Source of the DNA: a virus
Taxonomy: Duplodnaviria; Caudoviricetes
DNA length: 64,000 bases
IMG/VR virus record: IMGVR_UViG_3300047160_011268
Location: 1,710 to 65,709 of that record
Reading direction: 5' to 3' (one strand)
Below are positions 55,430 through 63,940 of this stretch, piece after piece. Both the position numbers and the translations under genes were made by a program. The first letter of the stretch is position 1. Every line of letters begins with the position of its first letter. The notes below the pieces were generated by a model. The model had not been told where the DNA came from, ran no database searches, and worked only from the letters and a program-made list of their open reading frames with translations.

Positions 55430-56198
55430 CGTGCAGCCAGAATGGCGCCGGCAAGGTCATGGCGATATCGGCCGGCAGCATCGGCGGCACCGGTATGTAA
55501 TCGACTTCGGGCTTGAGACTATGCATGCCGGGCGTGCCCAATTCCCAATCGAGCAATTCGACGCCGCTGAGATTCTGCACCGCGCGAATATCGTACTCAT
55601 ACCACGGCTCATCGATTACCGCGTGCAGATCGCGCAACGCCTTGAGCGGGTCATTGACCAGATGCTGAAACTCCAGCAAAACAATCTGGCCGGCATACGG
55701 ACCGAAATAACCGTCGCGCAATGCGTTCCATGAAAACCCCACCACCGAAGCCGGATGCATCAGCCGGTTGACACGGTCATAGATGCTCATATTGGCAGCC
55801 TGCAGCACCCGAGAAACTTGGGTAGGGTCGCGGGCAAACAGCCGCTCGAAACTATCGACAATTTGGGCCGGAGGTCGCACGCAAGCAATAACTTTCGCAT
55901 CTGGAAACAGCCGAGCCACAAGCCCCATATTAGCACACCAGCGGCGATTGGTATCAAACACAACCGCAGGATAGCCCAGATAATAGCTGCTGAAGATGCC
56001 GCGTAGGATCTCCTCACGTTGGTCCCCCGTCAGAAATAGCGCGCTTTCGTTGATGCCGGCGCTCATGGCCTCGACCACGGTGGTGATGATCTGGCCGAGC
56101 GGCGACTGGACATGCGCCGAAAACCGCGGATTCTGGTTGAGCAGCGAGGCTAGCAGAGTTGAGCCGGAACGAGGCAGGCCGGAGATAAAATGGATCAT
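55383..56198 (-). CDS. PAPS-dependent sulfotransferase
   Basis: SGLPRSGSTLL (5'-PSB), AKVIACVRPPAQIVDSF (3'-PB), LLEFQHLVNDP. Confidence 0.85.
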   Translation of the reverse strand: MIHFISGLPRSGSTLLASLLNQNPRFSAHVQSPLGQIITTVVEAMSAGINESALFLTGDQREEILRGIFSSYYLGYPAVVFDTNRRWCANMGLVARLFPDAKVIACVRPPAQIVDSFERLFARDPTQVSRVLQAANMSIYDRVNRLMHPASVVGFSWNALRDGYFGPYAGQIVLLEFQHLVNDPLKALRDLHAVIDEPWYEYDIRAVQNLSGVELLDWELGTPGMHSLKPEVDYIPVPPMLPADIAMTLPAPFWLHDDQEDSGVKSSGEAS

Positions 56199-58471
56199 CC
56201 AGGTCCAGGGGATAGCTTGGCGGCCGGTCCAGGGGTATTGCTTAGCACATTTGCGCTCTGCGGTCCACCCCCAGCCGCAATCGGCCCCTGCTGCATGCCC
56301 TGGGCTTGTCTTGACATCTGGTTCATATCCTGGGCCGGCGACGGCGCTGCCGAGCCCGGCGCGCCGCCGGGGGTGCCAATATGAATCGGCGTGCCCATCG
56401 GCATGCCTTCGCCGCCGCCGAGCTGGGCCGCCGTCAATTCGGTGGCGATCCGTTGCACGCCCTGAGCGACGCCCTTGGTGACGGCTTGGTTGACCTGCTG
56501 GGCGATAGGTCCTTGCTGGTCCTGTTGTTGTTTCTGCTGCTGCAACTGCTCAAGGTCCTGATCGGAAGGAACGACCACCTCGCCATCAAGGCCGATAGTC
56601 GACGCCACCGAGCGCAGCACTGCGCCGCGGCCCTTAAGCCCCATAATGTGATTATCGACGGGATTGTTCGTAGCCTGGAGGTATTCCACTTGCCGCTGCC
56701 GGATGGTCTCGCGTTGCACGGCGACCTGGACGCCTTGGACACTGATCTTCTCCTCGCCGGTCAAGATGCCGGTCTCGTCAGTGAGCAGGATCAGGTCGGC
56801 GAGCTGCATCAGCGCCGGCTCCATGACGTCGCGATCGACATTAGCCGCCACGGTCTGCAGGATCTTGCTGGCGTTGCCCATCAGCATCGCCAAGCCTGAT
56901 GCGGTTCTCCCGGCACCGCCGGAACCGGCCTGACCACCGATATATTTGGGGATCGCCGACACATCGTCCGCCATGCCGACGAATTTGTCGAATACCGCGG
57001 TCATCTCCTGGGCGTTCGAGGTTGGCATAAAGAACGAAATCGGCTCCTCGCTGGTAGAGCTTAGCGGGTCGGATCGAACGTGCCATCTCTTCCACGGGTA
57101 GAGATCCTCGCCGGTCTCATCAGGTGATAGTCGATCATCGCGGACCACAACTTGAGGCCCAGAAGCAATAGAAATGTTATTGACCAAGGCGCGAACGGTA
57201 CCATTGACGATCTCCTGCAGATCGACAAGGATATCGGTCAAGCCGTTACCAATTGGTGTATTCGGCACCTTCTCGAACGAAGTGATAAAGTAGGGATGGC
57301 GCTGCCGCGGCGACGGGGCGAGATGGGCCTTGATGATATAGGGGCCGATCATCCAGGCTTGGATATAATAATCACGCAGCGGATCATCGACTTGAACGCC
57401 ATACTGCTCTAACATCTGGCCCTGCACGGGGCCGTTATACAGCATCCCTGTAATCAACCCGGAGCGATTCCATGCTGGATTCTCCTTGTTTTCGAGTACT
57501 GCACGTTCCGCGTCAGTGGTGTCCCAATTGTCGTAATATCCACCCTGCCCGTAGTGTTGTAATACCTCGCGGATGGCTTGTTGATCATATCCCGGAAGAT
57601 CAAGCAGATCATTCAGCTCCGCTCTGGTCATGCGAATCTTTTCCACAATTTCTGCTTGGGCAATGTCCGAAACGCCCGGCGTCCACCAAAGGTCGAAGGG
57701 GCTAGGGCTGCGCCAAGTTAATTTGGGAATGCGGTTGACCGTCGGCGGGCCGCCGCCATCAGGCCATTGCAGCTCGGGCAGGATCTTGACCTCGGGCCCG
57801 CAGATGCAGCTGTACGGGAAGATGCATAATTGGACCAGGAACTCGGCCATGGCGGTATAGAAGCCGCCCTGGCGCAGAATATCCTCGATCTTATCCTCTG
57901 ACAGCTTAGCCTGGTCACAGGCCGTCTTCTTGGCCTTGTCCATCGCCGCTTGCATCAGCAGCAGGCGTCGATTGGTCTCGGAGTCGGCCGGCGGCGGCTG
58001 CCCGGTCTGGCTCTGCACCATGGTGCGCTCGTGGCCGAGCATCTTGTTGATCATGGCGATGACGTTCGCCGGCGGGTCCGGCGCCGCCGGTGGCTTGACT
58101 GACCAGGCGCGGTCGGCCCCCAGATAGATATCCCTTAGCAGACTCGTAGCCGCCCGGCATTTCTGTGCCACCAGACGCAGATAAACTTCAGAGCCGCCAA
58201 ACTTGCGGATCTCGTTGAGCTTGGTGGCGTCGTACTGGCCGTTGAAGGTGCGCAGCGCCACCAGCAGCCGCTCGCTCCATCCCGAAGCGGTGTTACGGTG
58301 ATTGCGGAAGATCTCCCAGCGGCCGCGAATAAAGCCGGCCAGTTGGGTCGGGATCGGCTGGGCTGCGCTGGCAGCATCCGCCAGGTCCTGAGCCCGCTGC
58401 GCTTCCTGCTGCTCCAATGCGGCCGGCGGAATGACCTGTAAGACCCCTGCCTGACCCAAACCATCCGCCAT
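56195..58471 (-). CDS. portal protein
   Basis: 758 aa; first late gene; PRQRHPYFITSFEKVPNTPIGNGL, NNISIASGPQV, GAGRTASGLAMLMGNA; Gln-rich tail. Confidence 0.88.
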   Translation of the reverse strand: MADGLGQAGVLQVIPPAALEQQEAQRAQDLADAASAAQPIPTQLAGFIRGRWEIFRNHRNTASGWSERLLVALRTFNGQYDATKLNEIRKFGGSEVYLRLVAQKCRAATSLLRDIYLGADRAWSVKPPAAPDPPANVIAMINKMLGHERTMVQSQTGQPPPADSETNRRLLLMQAAMDKAKKTACDQAKLSEDKIEDILRQGGFYTAMAEFLVQLCIFPYSCICGPEVKILPELQWPDGGGPPTVNRIPKLTWRSPSPFDLWWTPGVSDIAQAEIVEKIRMTRAELNDLLDLPGYDQQAIREVLQHYGQGGYYDNWDTTDAERAVLENKENPAWNRSGLITGMLYNGPVQGQMLEQYGVQVDDPLRDYYIQAWMIGPYIIKAHLAPSPRQRHPYFITSFEKVPNTPIGNGLTDILVDLQEIVNGTVRALVNNISIASGPQVVVRDDRLSPDETGEDLYPWKRWHVRSDPLSSTSEEPISFFMPTSNAQEMTAVFDKFVGMADDVSAIPKYIGGQAGSGGAGRTASGLAMLMGNASKILQTVAANVDRDVMEPALMQLADLILLTDETGILTGEEKISVQGVQVAVQRETIRQRQVEYLQATNNPVDNHIMGLKGRGAVLRSVASTIGLDGEVVVPSDQDLEQLQQQKQQQDQQGPIAQQVNQAVTKGVAQGVQRIATELTAAQLGGGEGMPMGTPIHIGTPGGAPGSAAPSPAQDMNQMSRQAQGMQQGPIAAGGGPQSANVLSNTPGPAAKLSPGPG

Positions 58472-58516
58472 CGACGATGTCCTTGCGCGTAACGGCTCGA
58501 CGGTAACTTGAAGGCG

Positions 58517-58531
58517 TTAACGATTGATTAG
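58517..58531. promoter_or_regulatory. CtrA-like box in the divergent portal/terS gap
   Basis: TTAA-N7-TTAG. Confidence 0.55.
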
Positions 58532-58560
58532 GGGCTTGCGTCGAATAGTCGCATTGTGTT

Positions 58561-59073
58561 ATGGAGATTTCCGTGGAAGAGGCACTTACCCCTCCAGAGC
58601 CTCAGTTACTTGCTGTCCTCGCCAGGGAAATCGCGACCGACAGCCTGAAGCTCAAGGACCTGCTGGCGAAATACCAACTCGACGAAGAGTATTACCAAAG
58701 CTTCGTCGCCTCCAGCCCCTACTTTCAGAAACTCCTCGAAAGCTACACCGCCGAGTGGGAGAGCGTAGTCAATACGCCACGGCGGCTGGCTTTCATCGCC
58801 CAGACGGCGCTCGAGGAGAAGCTTCCGGTGCTAGCCGCCCGCTTGGGTGACCGGCGCGAAGGCTTTAGTGACGCTGTCGCCGCCGCCAAGCTGTTCAAGG
58901 AGCTCGGCGGCATCGCCACGCCGGCGCCGTCGGCGGCGCAGCTCGGCGAGCGTTTCACCATCACCATCAATCTCGGCGGTAATACGGTGCAGCTGGAAAC
59001 CAAGCCAGTCATCGAAGAACCATCCCCCTTGGAGCTAACAGATGGACAGACTAGAGCAATACCTGAGAGATGA
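58561..59073 (+). CDS. putative terminase small subunit
   Basis: Helical 170 aa upstream of terL; C-terminal FTITINLG strand. Confidence 0.6.
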   Translation: MEISVEEALTPPEPQLLAVLAREIATDSLKLKDLLAKYQLDEEYYQSFVASSPYFQKLLESYTAEWESVVNTPRRLAFIAQTALEEKLPVLAARLGDRREGFSDAVAAAKLFKELGGIATPAPSAAQLGERFTITINLGGNTVQLETKPVIEEPSPLELTDGQTRAIPER

Positions 59074-59476
59074 GTTAAACTGGGCGGCTGGATTCTTCGA
59101 CGGTGAGGGCTGCATCGGTACTTATAAGGAAAAAGCCCGCTACTGTAGGCTATACCTCTCCATCAGCCAGATAAAATGGGAAACCCTGGAACGTTTTCGT
59201 CGGGCCACGGGGAACCACAACAAAGTACGGGGTCCTTACGACCCAAACAACAGTCCGTCCCGCAAACGGCAACAAGCGGCGGCGGTCAACCCACGGAAAA
59301 GTAAACCCTACTACAGCTATACAGCACAAGGCGGCGTCGCCGTCGCAGTCTTTAACACCCTCCGCCCCTACCTGAGCCCGTTCAAGCGCGCCGACGGTGA
59401 CGACGCCATCGCAGAATTCAGGGCTTACCGCGAAAAACTGCTCGGCCCGGCTGTCTATAGCCAGTGCCCAACCTAG
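59042..59476 (+). mobile_element. free-standing single-motif LAGLIDADG homing endonuclease
   Basis: WAAGFFDGEGCI followed by LSISQ..LERF; overlaps both terminase genes. Confidence 0.82.
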
Positions 59477-60966
59477 ACTATACGGCGCCGCCGACCATAG
59501 GCACGTTCTGTCGCTCCAATGCGTTTGGCCGCATCCTGGTCGGCCCGATCGGCTCGGGCAAAACCACCGGCATCATCATGGAACTCTTGAGACGTGCTGC
59601 ACAACAGGACCAGGCCCCAGACGGCTTTCGCTATACGCGCTTTGCGCTTTTGCGTCAGACGCTGATGCAATTGAAAGCCACCGTCTTGAAAGACTGTGAC
59701 CAATGGCTTGCCGGTCTTGGGCTGTGGCGGGTGTCCGAGTCTACGTATCATGTCAGATTCAACGACGTGGTTTCCGAGTGGGTTTTTTTACCATTAGAAG
59801 ACGCCGAAGATAGGGCGCGTCTGCTGTCGATGCAACTAACAGGGGCCTTCCTGTCAGAATGCATCGAGATGAACATCGACATTCTAGGTCACGTCCAAGG
59901 CCGCATCGGTCGATATCCATCAGGTCAACGGGGCGTACCAAGTTGGCACGGGATCGTCGCCGACACCAATATGCCTGTCGAGATGTCGCCATGGTGGGAA
60001 TTCTTCGAAAAGATCAAAGCCGGCGAAATCCCCAACTGGTCATTGTTCAAGCAGCCGTCCGGCATGGACTATCCCATCTTCGACAAGGCCGGTCAACAGA
60101 TTTCCGGCGCCGAGAATCTCAACTGGCTACTGCAGACCGCCGACACCATCCAACTGCCGATCGACTCCAAGCCGCGGCTTGACCACGGCCGCAAATATTA
60201 CGAGAACATCATCGCCACCTATGGCCCCGATCACGATTACGTCAACAGGTATGTCTATGCTCACTACGGTAACGATCCCTCCGGGGCGGCTGTATTCGCA
60301 CAGTCCTATCGGGCTGACTTTCATTCTGTCGACCACACGCTCGTCATTCCGGGGTACCCCTTGTATGTGGGCCAAGATTTCGGTCGTAATCCGTGGTCGC
60401 TTATTTGCCAGGTCGATCACATGGGACGTCTTCTGGTACACGAAGAAGTTAAAGCGGAAAATATAGGATTGGAAAAGCATGTCTGGCAAAACCTCCGACC
60501 CCGGCTTCTACAAGATAAATATCAGGGGCTCAAAATCGCCATGGTGGGAGACCCTGCAGGTGTCGCAAAGGGTAACGTTGCTGAGGAAAGTTGCTTCGAT
60601 GCTCTCAAGCGTCTCGGATTTGCAGCTTTTCCTGCACCAACAAATGATATTGAACCCCGAATTCGGTCGGTCGAAGCCCTGCTCGCACGCCAGACGAACG
60701 GCGGACCGACTCTCGTTATCTCTCGCACGGGTTGTCCGCGCCTTTGTCGTGCGCTTGCCGGCGGCTACCGCTACAAGCGCACCAAAGAAGGCGCGCTCAA
60801 ACCGACGCCGGACAAAAACGAGCCGGAAGGGTACTCGCACATAGCCGACTGCCTGCAATATGTGTCGCTGATTGTCCACGGCGGCATGATGGCCTATGTC
60901 GGCCAGTATCTGTGGGGCAGAAAAAGAAGGAAGGGCCAGAAGGTGACGCCGGCTGGCTGGACCTAA
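59464..60966 (+). CDS. terL: terminase large subunit
   Basis: GPIGSGKTT Walker A; FLSE Walker B; GQDFG, GDPAG, HIADCLQY nuclease motifs; GTG start. Confidence 0.95.
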   Translation: MPNLDYTAPPTIGTFCRSNAFGRILVGPIGSGKTTGIIMELLRRAAQQDQAPDGFRYTRFALLRQTLMQLKATVLKDCDQWLAGLGLWRVSESTYHVRFNDVVSEWVFLPLEDAEDRARLLSMQLTGAFLSECIEMNIDILGHVQGRIGRYPSGQRGVPSWHGIVADTNMPVEMSPWWEFFEKIKAGEIPNWSLFKQPSGMDYPIFDKAGQQISGAENLNWLLQTADTIQLPIDSKPRLDHGRKYYENIIATYGPDHDYVNRYVYAHYGNDPSGAAVFAQSYRADFHSVDHTLVIPGYPLYVGQDFGRNPWSLICQVDHMGRLLVHEEVKAENIGLEKHVWQNLRPRLLQDKYQGLKIAMVGDPAGVAKGNVAEESCFDALKRLGFAAFPAPTNDIEPRIRSVEALLARQTNGGPTLVISRTGCPRLCRALAGGYRYKRTKEGALKPTPDKNEPEGYSHIADCLQYVSLIVHGGMMAYVGQYLWGRKRRKGQKVTPAGWT

Positions 60967-61373
60967 CAGACCGGGTCGCCGGGCAACCGCATCTCCCGGA
61001 ACAGCGCCAGGGTCTGCTGCAAAGTGCGCTGGTACTCCATCGCCGAGATCATATGACGGTCGATGTCCTCCTCGAGAATCTCGGGCGTGAAATCAGGCGA
61101 CGCCAAGTTGGCCTGCAAGGTTTTCATTTCCGCCAGCCTGACCAACCGATTCTGAAAGTTCATGGCGATGATCACCAGATCCTGGAAGCAGTCACGTTGG
61201 CAGCGATGGTCGTAAGCATCCATGATCATCAGGAAGTTCGACGAAATGAGTGCGGAAAAAGTATCCGCTGTTATCGGCATAGCCAGATGATGGGCCAGCA
61301 AATTCTCGTCGACCAGCTTGTCAGGCCGCTTGAAGCCCGCGTGCGGTATTGTCGTTGGCGGCGTCGCGGTCAT
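60963..61373 (-). CDS. hypothetical protein
   Basis: 136-aa helical ORF converging on terL. Confidence 0.6.
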   Translation of the reverse strand: MTATPPTTIPHAGFKRPDKLVDENLLAHHLAMPITADTFSALISSNFLMIMDAYDHRCQRDCFQDLVIIAMNFQNRLVRLAEMKTLQANLASPDFTPEILEEDIDRHMISAMEYQRTLQQTLALFREMRLPGDPVC

Positions 61374-61941
61374 GCAGCTCCCTCTCGATCAAACCGAGGG
61401 CCCGGCGCTTGCCATCTTGGTCGAGATAGTAGCCATGGCCCCACAAGGTGTGAATGGTAAGGCCGAATGGTTTAAGCTTCTTGCGCAAGTTGCAGATGAC
61501 GACGTCGACCATCTTCGGGTCGGTCTCTTCGGGGTTATCCGGCCGTGACGCTCTTACGGCTCTTTGCGCCTCAATGACCCGATGCAAGGTGGTCTTATCG
61601 GCCTCCTCGCGTTTGACCAGGACTAGAATAAAAGAGGCCATAAGCTTGGTGAGCTTGAAAGTTCGCATAAAGCTAATGACGAGGTCATGATCGCGTGCCG
61701 CAGCAATGTGCGGTGGCAAATGGTCTGCGCGTCGGGCAGTCGGCGGCCAATCTGCAGCCGGCATTTCTGTGATGCAGCCTGCGGCCAATGCTTCCTCCAG
61801 GGACAGTCGCACGTCCGCAGCGGCCTGCTCGAGGCCGCGGGCGATAACGTTGACGGGAATGCCTTCATTGGCCAGACGATTTGCAATCTGATCAAAGGGT
61901 GCCCCCAAAGGCGGCTTATAGTCGGTCTCGGCAAGCATCAT
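61321..61941 (-). CDS. receiver-less CtrA-like winged-helix transcription factor
   Basis: AGGAGG RBS; ETDPKMVDVVICNLRKKL..IHTLWGHGYYL resembles the CtrA C-terminal helix and wing. Confidence 0.75.
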   Translation of the reverse strand: MMLAETDYKPPLGAPFDQIANRLANEGIPVNVIARGLEQAAADVRLSLEEALAAGCITEMPAADWPPTARRADHLPPHIAAARDHDLVISFMRTFKLTKLMASFILVLVKREEADKTTLHRVIEAQRAVRASRPDNPEETDPKMVDVVICNLRKKLKPFGLTIHTLWGHGYYLDQDGKRRALGLIERELHDRDAANDNTARGLQAA

Positions 61942-61982
61942 GACGGGGTCCTCCTGACCCGTCAACAATACCTGAATATAGG

Positions 61983-61997
61983 TAAATAATCCGTTAA
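61983..61997 (-). promoter_or_regulatory. CtrA-like box upstream of the CtrA-like gene
   Basis: Minus strand TTAA-N7-TTTA. Confidence 0.5.
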
Positions 61998-62167
61998 GGC
62001 AAGGCTGCTTGAACAAGACGGAGGTCCCCCCGTGCGGTCCCCCCTATGGAAAGCTTCAGCTTCCGACCGACTTACGCGAGCGAGACCTCCGCCGGCGTCA
62101 GTCTAGGCCAGCCGAGTAAAGCACATCTTATGAATTCAGCCGCGACTTGCCGTTCTCGTTGTAGTAG

Positions 62168-62506
62168 CTAGTCAAGCTTCTCACCGGCAATAACCGGTAA
62201 ACAGATCGACCGCAGCAGCACCTGGGGGCCGAGTTGCTTGTGGGCGATGTCGGTTATCTTCTGCCGTATCTTAACGACAGCCTCGTCGCCCTCGATGGCG
62301 TCGTTGCAGGCCTCCTTGGTGTCGTACAAAACCGGCCCTTTCTCCTTGGAGCCGTAGGTAAACACCATGCCTTGCACCGAGTCATAGACAATGACCTTCA
62401 GCGACCACGGCAGCGGCGCGTCCTCGGCAGCGGCCAGATGCAGTCCCATGACGGCGCCCCAGGCCAGAACGCCGGCGGTTATCAGGATCAGGATGGGTAT
62501 CTTCAT
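62168..62506 (-). CDS. exported protein
   Basis: Signal peptide ending AAA; Cys pair. Confidence 0.65.
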   Translation of the reverse strand: MKIPILILITAGVLAWGAVMGLHLAAAEDAPLPWSLKVIVYDSVQGMVFTYGSKEKGPVLYDTKEACNDAIEGDEAVVKIRQKITDIAHKQLGPQVLLRSICLPVIAGEKLD

Positions 62507-62724
62507 CGTCCACCTTTCGACGTTTCGACATGCGGGCCGGTATCGTCGTAGCGGAAGTAATGCGCGCCGGTGACGCCGGGATCGAGCGTGGTCAGCAGCA
62601 GATGGTCAATCAACAAGGCGTATAACTTGTCGATCCGCATCTGCGGCGAGTCTTTTGGCTTGCCGGCAGCCTCGGGCGGCAAGGTATAATAGTTCGTTCC
62701 ATCTGCAGCCTGCTGCCACGGCAT
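62503..62724 (-). CDS. hypothetical protein
   Basis: AGGAGG RBS; ATGA overlap with the next gene. Confidence 0.6.
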   Translation of the reverse strand: MPWQQAADGTNYYTLPPEAAGKPKDSPQMRIDKLYALLIDHLLLTTLDPGVTGAHYFRYDDTGPHVETSKGGR

Positions 62725-62726
62725 GA

Positions 62727-62810
62727 TTACCTCCTGAGCACCGAGACGAGAATGAATAGGACGGCCACGGCAATGACGGCATAGAGGATCAGTTCAGGAT
62801 GCTCGGTCAC
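62727..62810 (-). CDS. 27-aa single-TM peptide
   Basis: GTG start; MTEHPELILYAVIAVAVLFILVSVLRR. Confidence 0.4.
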   Translation of the reverse strand: MTEHPELILYAVIAVAVLFILVSVLRR

Positions 62811-63063
62811 GCGGCCGCTCCCACAGATAGAGTTCGTGCATCATGTCGTGACGGCTTTCATAGTCGAGCTCGTCCCAGGCGCTGAGCTGGCGCGACCATG
62901 AACGATCGTCGCTGTGCCGCCAAGTCTCCAGCTCCCAGCCGGGGGCAAGCCGGACCGAGCGGGCCAGATAGACGTGTGGGACGTGCGGGCTGAAATAGAG
63001 CAGCGGCATGCAAGCGGCGGTGAAGCCGGCGCCGGCGCCTACAACGATCTCTCGCCTATTCAT
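62794..63063 (-). CDS. hypothetical protein
   Basis: MNRREIVVGAGAG start resembles a Tat-like leader. Confidence 0.5.
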   Translation of the reverse strand: MNRREIVVGAGAGFTAACMPLLYFSPHVPHVYLARSVRLAPGWELETWRHSDDRSWSRQLSAWDELDYESRHDMMHELYLWERPRDRAS

Positions 63064-63078
63064 ATGTGACCCCTTGTC

Positions 63079-63345
63079 TCAGGCCGGCCCAGCATAACCC
63101 GGGATGTAGACGGTTGGCAAGCCCGGGGTAATGGCGTCGGCGGCACCAGCGGCCATGTAGGTGGGGTAGACGCCGGACGTCGGGTTCCCGGCGGCTTGGA
63201 TCTTGGCCTTGGGAACGTGATTATTCTTATCCAGGCTGGTGGGCACCGTGGTGGCGATATTGACCACCTTCATCGAGTTCTGCCGCTGCTGGGCGGCATT
63301 ATAAGCGACGATACGGACGGTCTGGGCCGGCACTTCGGTCGACAT
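63079..63345 (-). CDS. hypothetical protein
   Basis: GAGGAG RBS; 88 aa. Confidence 0.6.
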   Translation of the reverse strand: MSTEVPAQTVRIVAYNAAQQRQNSMKVVNIATTVPTSLDKNNHVPKAKIQAAGNPTSGVYPTYMAAGAADAITPGLPTVYIPGYAGPA

Positions 63346-63551
63346 GGTGACCCCTCCTCACCGTGCGACCTTCTTGCAAATTGTTTACTTTGGCATTAAC
63401 CGGCCGGCCGAGTAGGCCTCGTGCAAGGCCTCGGCGATCGCCAGCTCCAGCCGATCGACCAAGGCCTGGCTGACGACGCAGCCGTGCATGGCCCGGAGCC
63501 CGGTGAGGAGCCAGCGCGCTTGCCATTGAGCCTCTAATGGAGGCCGAGGTT

Positions 63552-63782
63552 TCAGCGGATCCGCCAAATGCCGGCCCTGCCGCCGTTCAACGCCCGCACG
63601 GTGAACCGCTTCGGCGCCATGGTGCGGTTGGCGTAGCTGGCCGCCGCAGAGGCCCGGATAGGGCCACCGGGGTGGACGACGCACTCGCGCAGCTTGAGCT
63701 TGTCCAGGGGGATCTTTCTTTTGCGGCCGGAACCGCGGCGATGCTGCGGCAGCGGAATGTCACTGCGGATTTCAAATTGCAT
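63552..63782 (-). CDS. small basic protein, possibly DNA-binding
   Basis: MQFEIRSDIPLP..PLDKLKLRECV..RFTVR..IWRIR. Confidence 0.55.
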   Translation of the reverse strand: MQFEIRSDIPLPQHRRGSGRKRKIPLDKLKLRECVVHPGGPIRASAAASYANRTMAPKRFTVRALNGGRAGIWRIR

Positions 63783-63940
63783 TGTGTGCTCGCATATTGC
63801 TCGGCAGACCAGCGGGCGAGATCGCCTGTGACCATTTCGAGCTGTGCTTCGGTGATTTCGCCGCGATCGAGCGAGCGATGCAGCGATGCGAGTACGCGTG
63901 TGACGCGGTCGTCTATTTGTTGCGCTGTGAGTTTGGTCAT
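63587..63940 (-). CDS. hypothetical protein (3' extent uncertain)
   Basis: GAGGA RBS; plausible N-half; C-half overlaps 63552-63782. Confidence 0.35.
   Translation of the reverse strand: MTKLTAQQIDDRVTRVLASLHRSLDRGEITEAQLEMVTGDLARWSAEQYASTQCNLKSAVTFRCRSIAAVPAAKERSPWTSSSCASASSTPVALSGPLRRPATPTAPWRRSGSPCGR

Noticed and set aside
59042-59476. Group I intron or intein in terL
   Set aside because: terL starts after the endonuclease with a normal N-terminus and is uninterrupted; no intron core was recognised
62020-62090. tRNA gene
   Set aside because: A 7-bp closing stem at tRNA-like length, but no T-arm TTC motif, D-arm or anticodon arm on either strand
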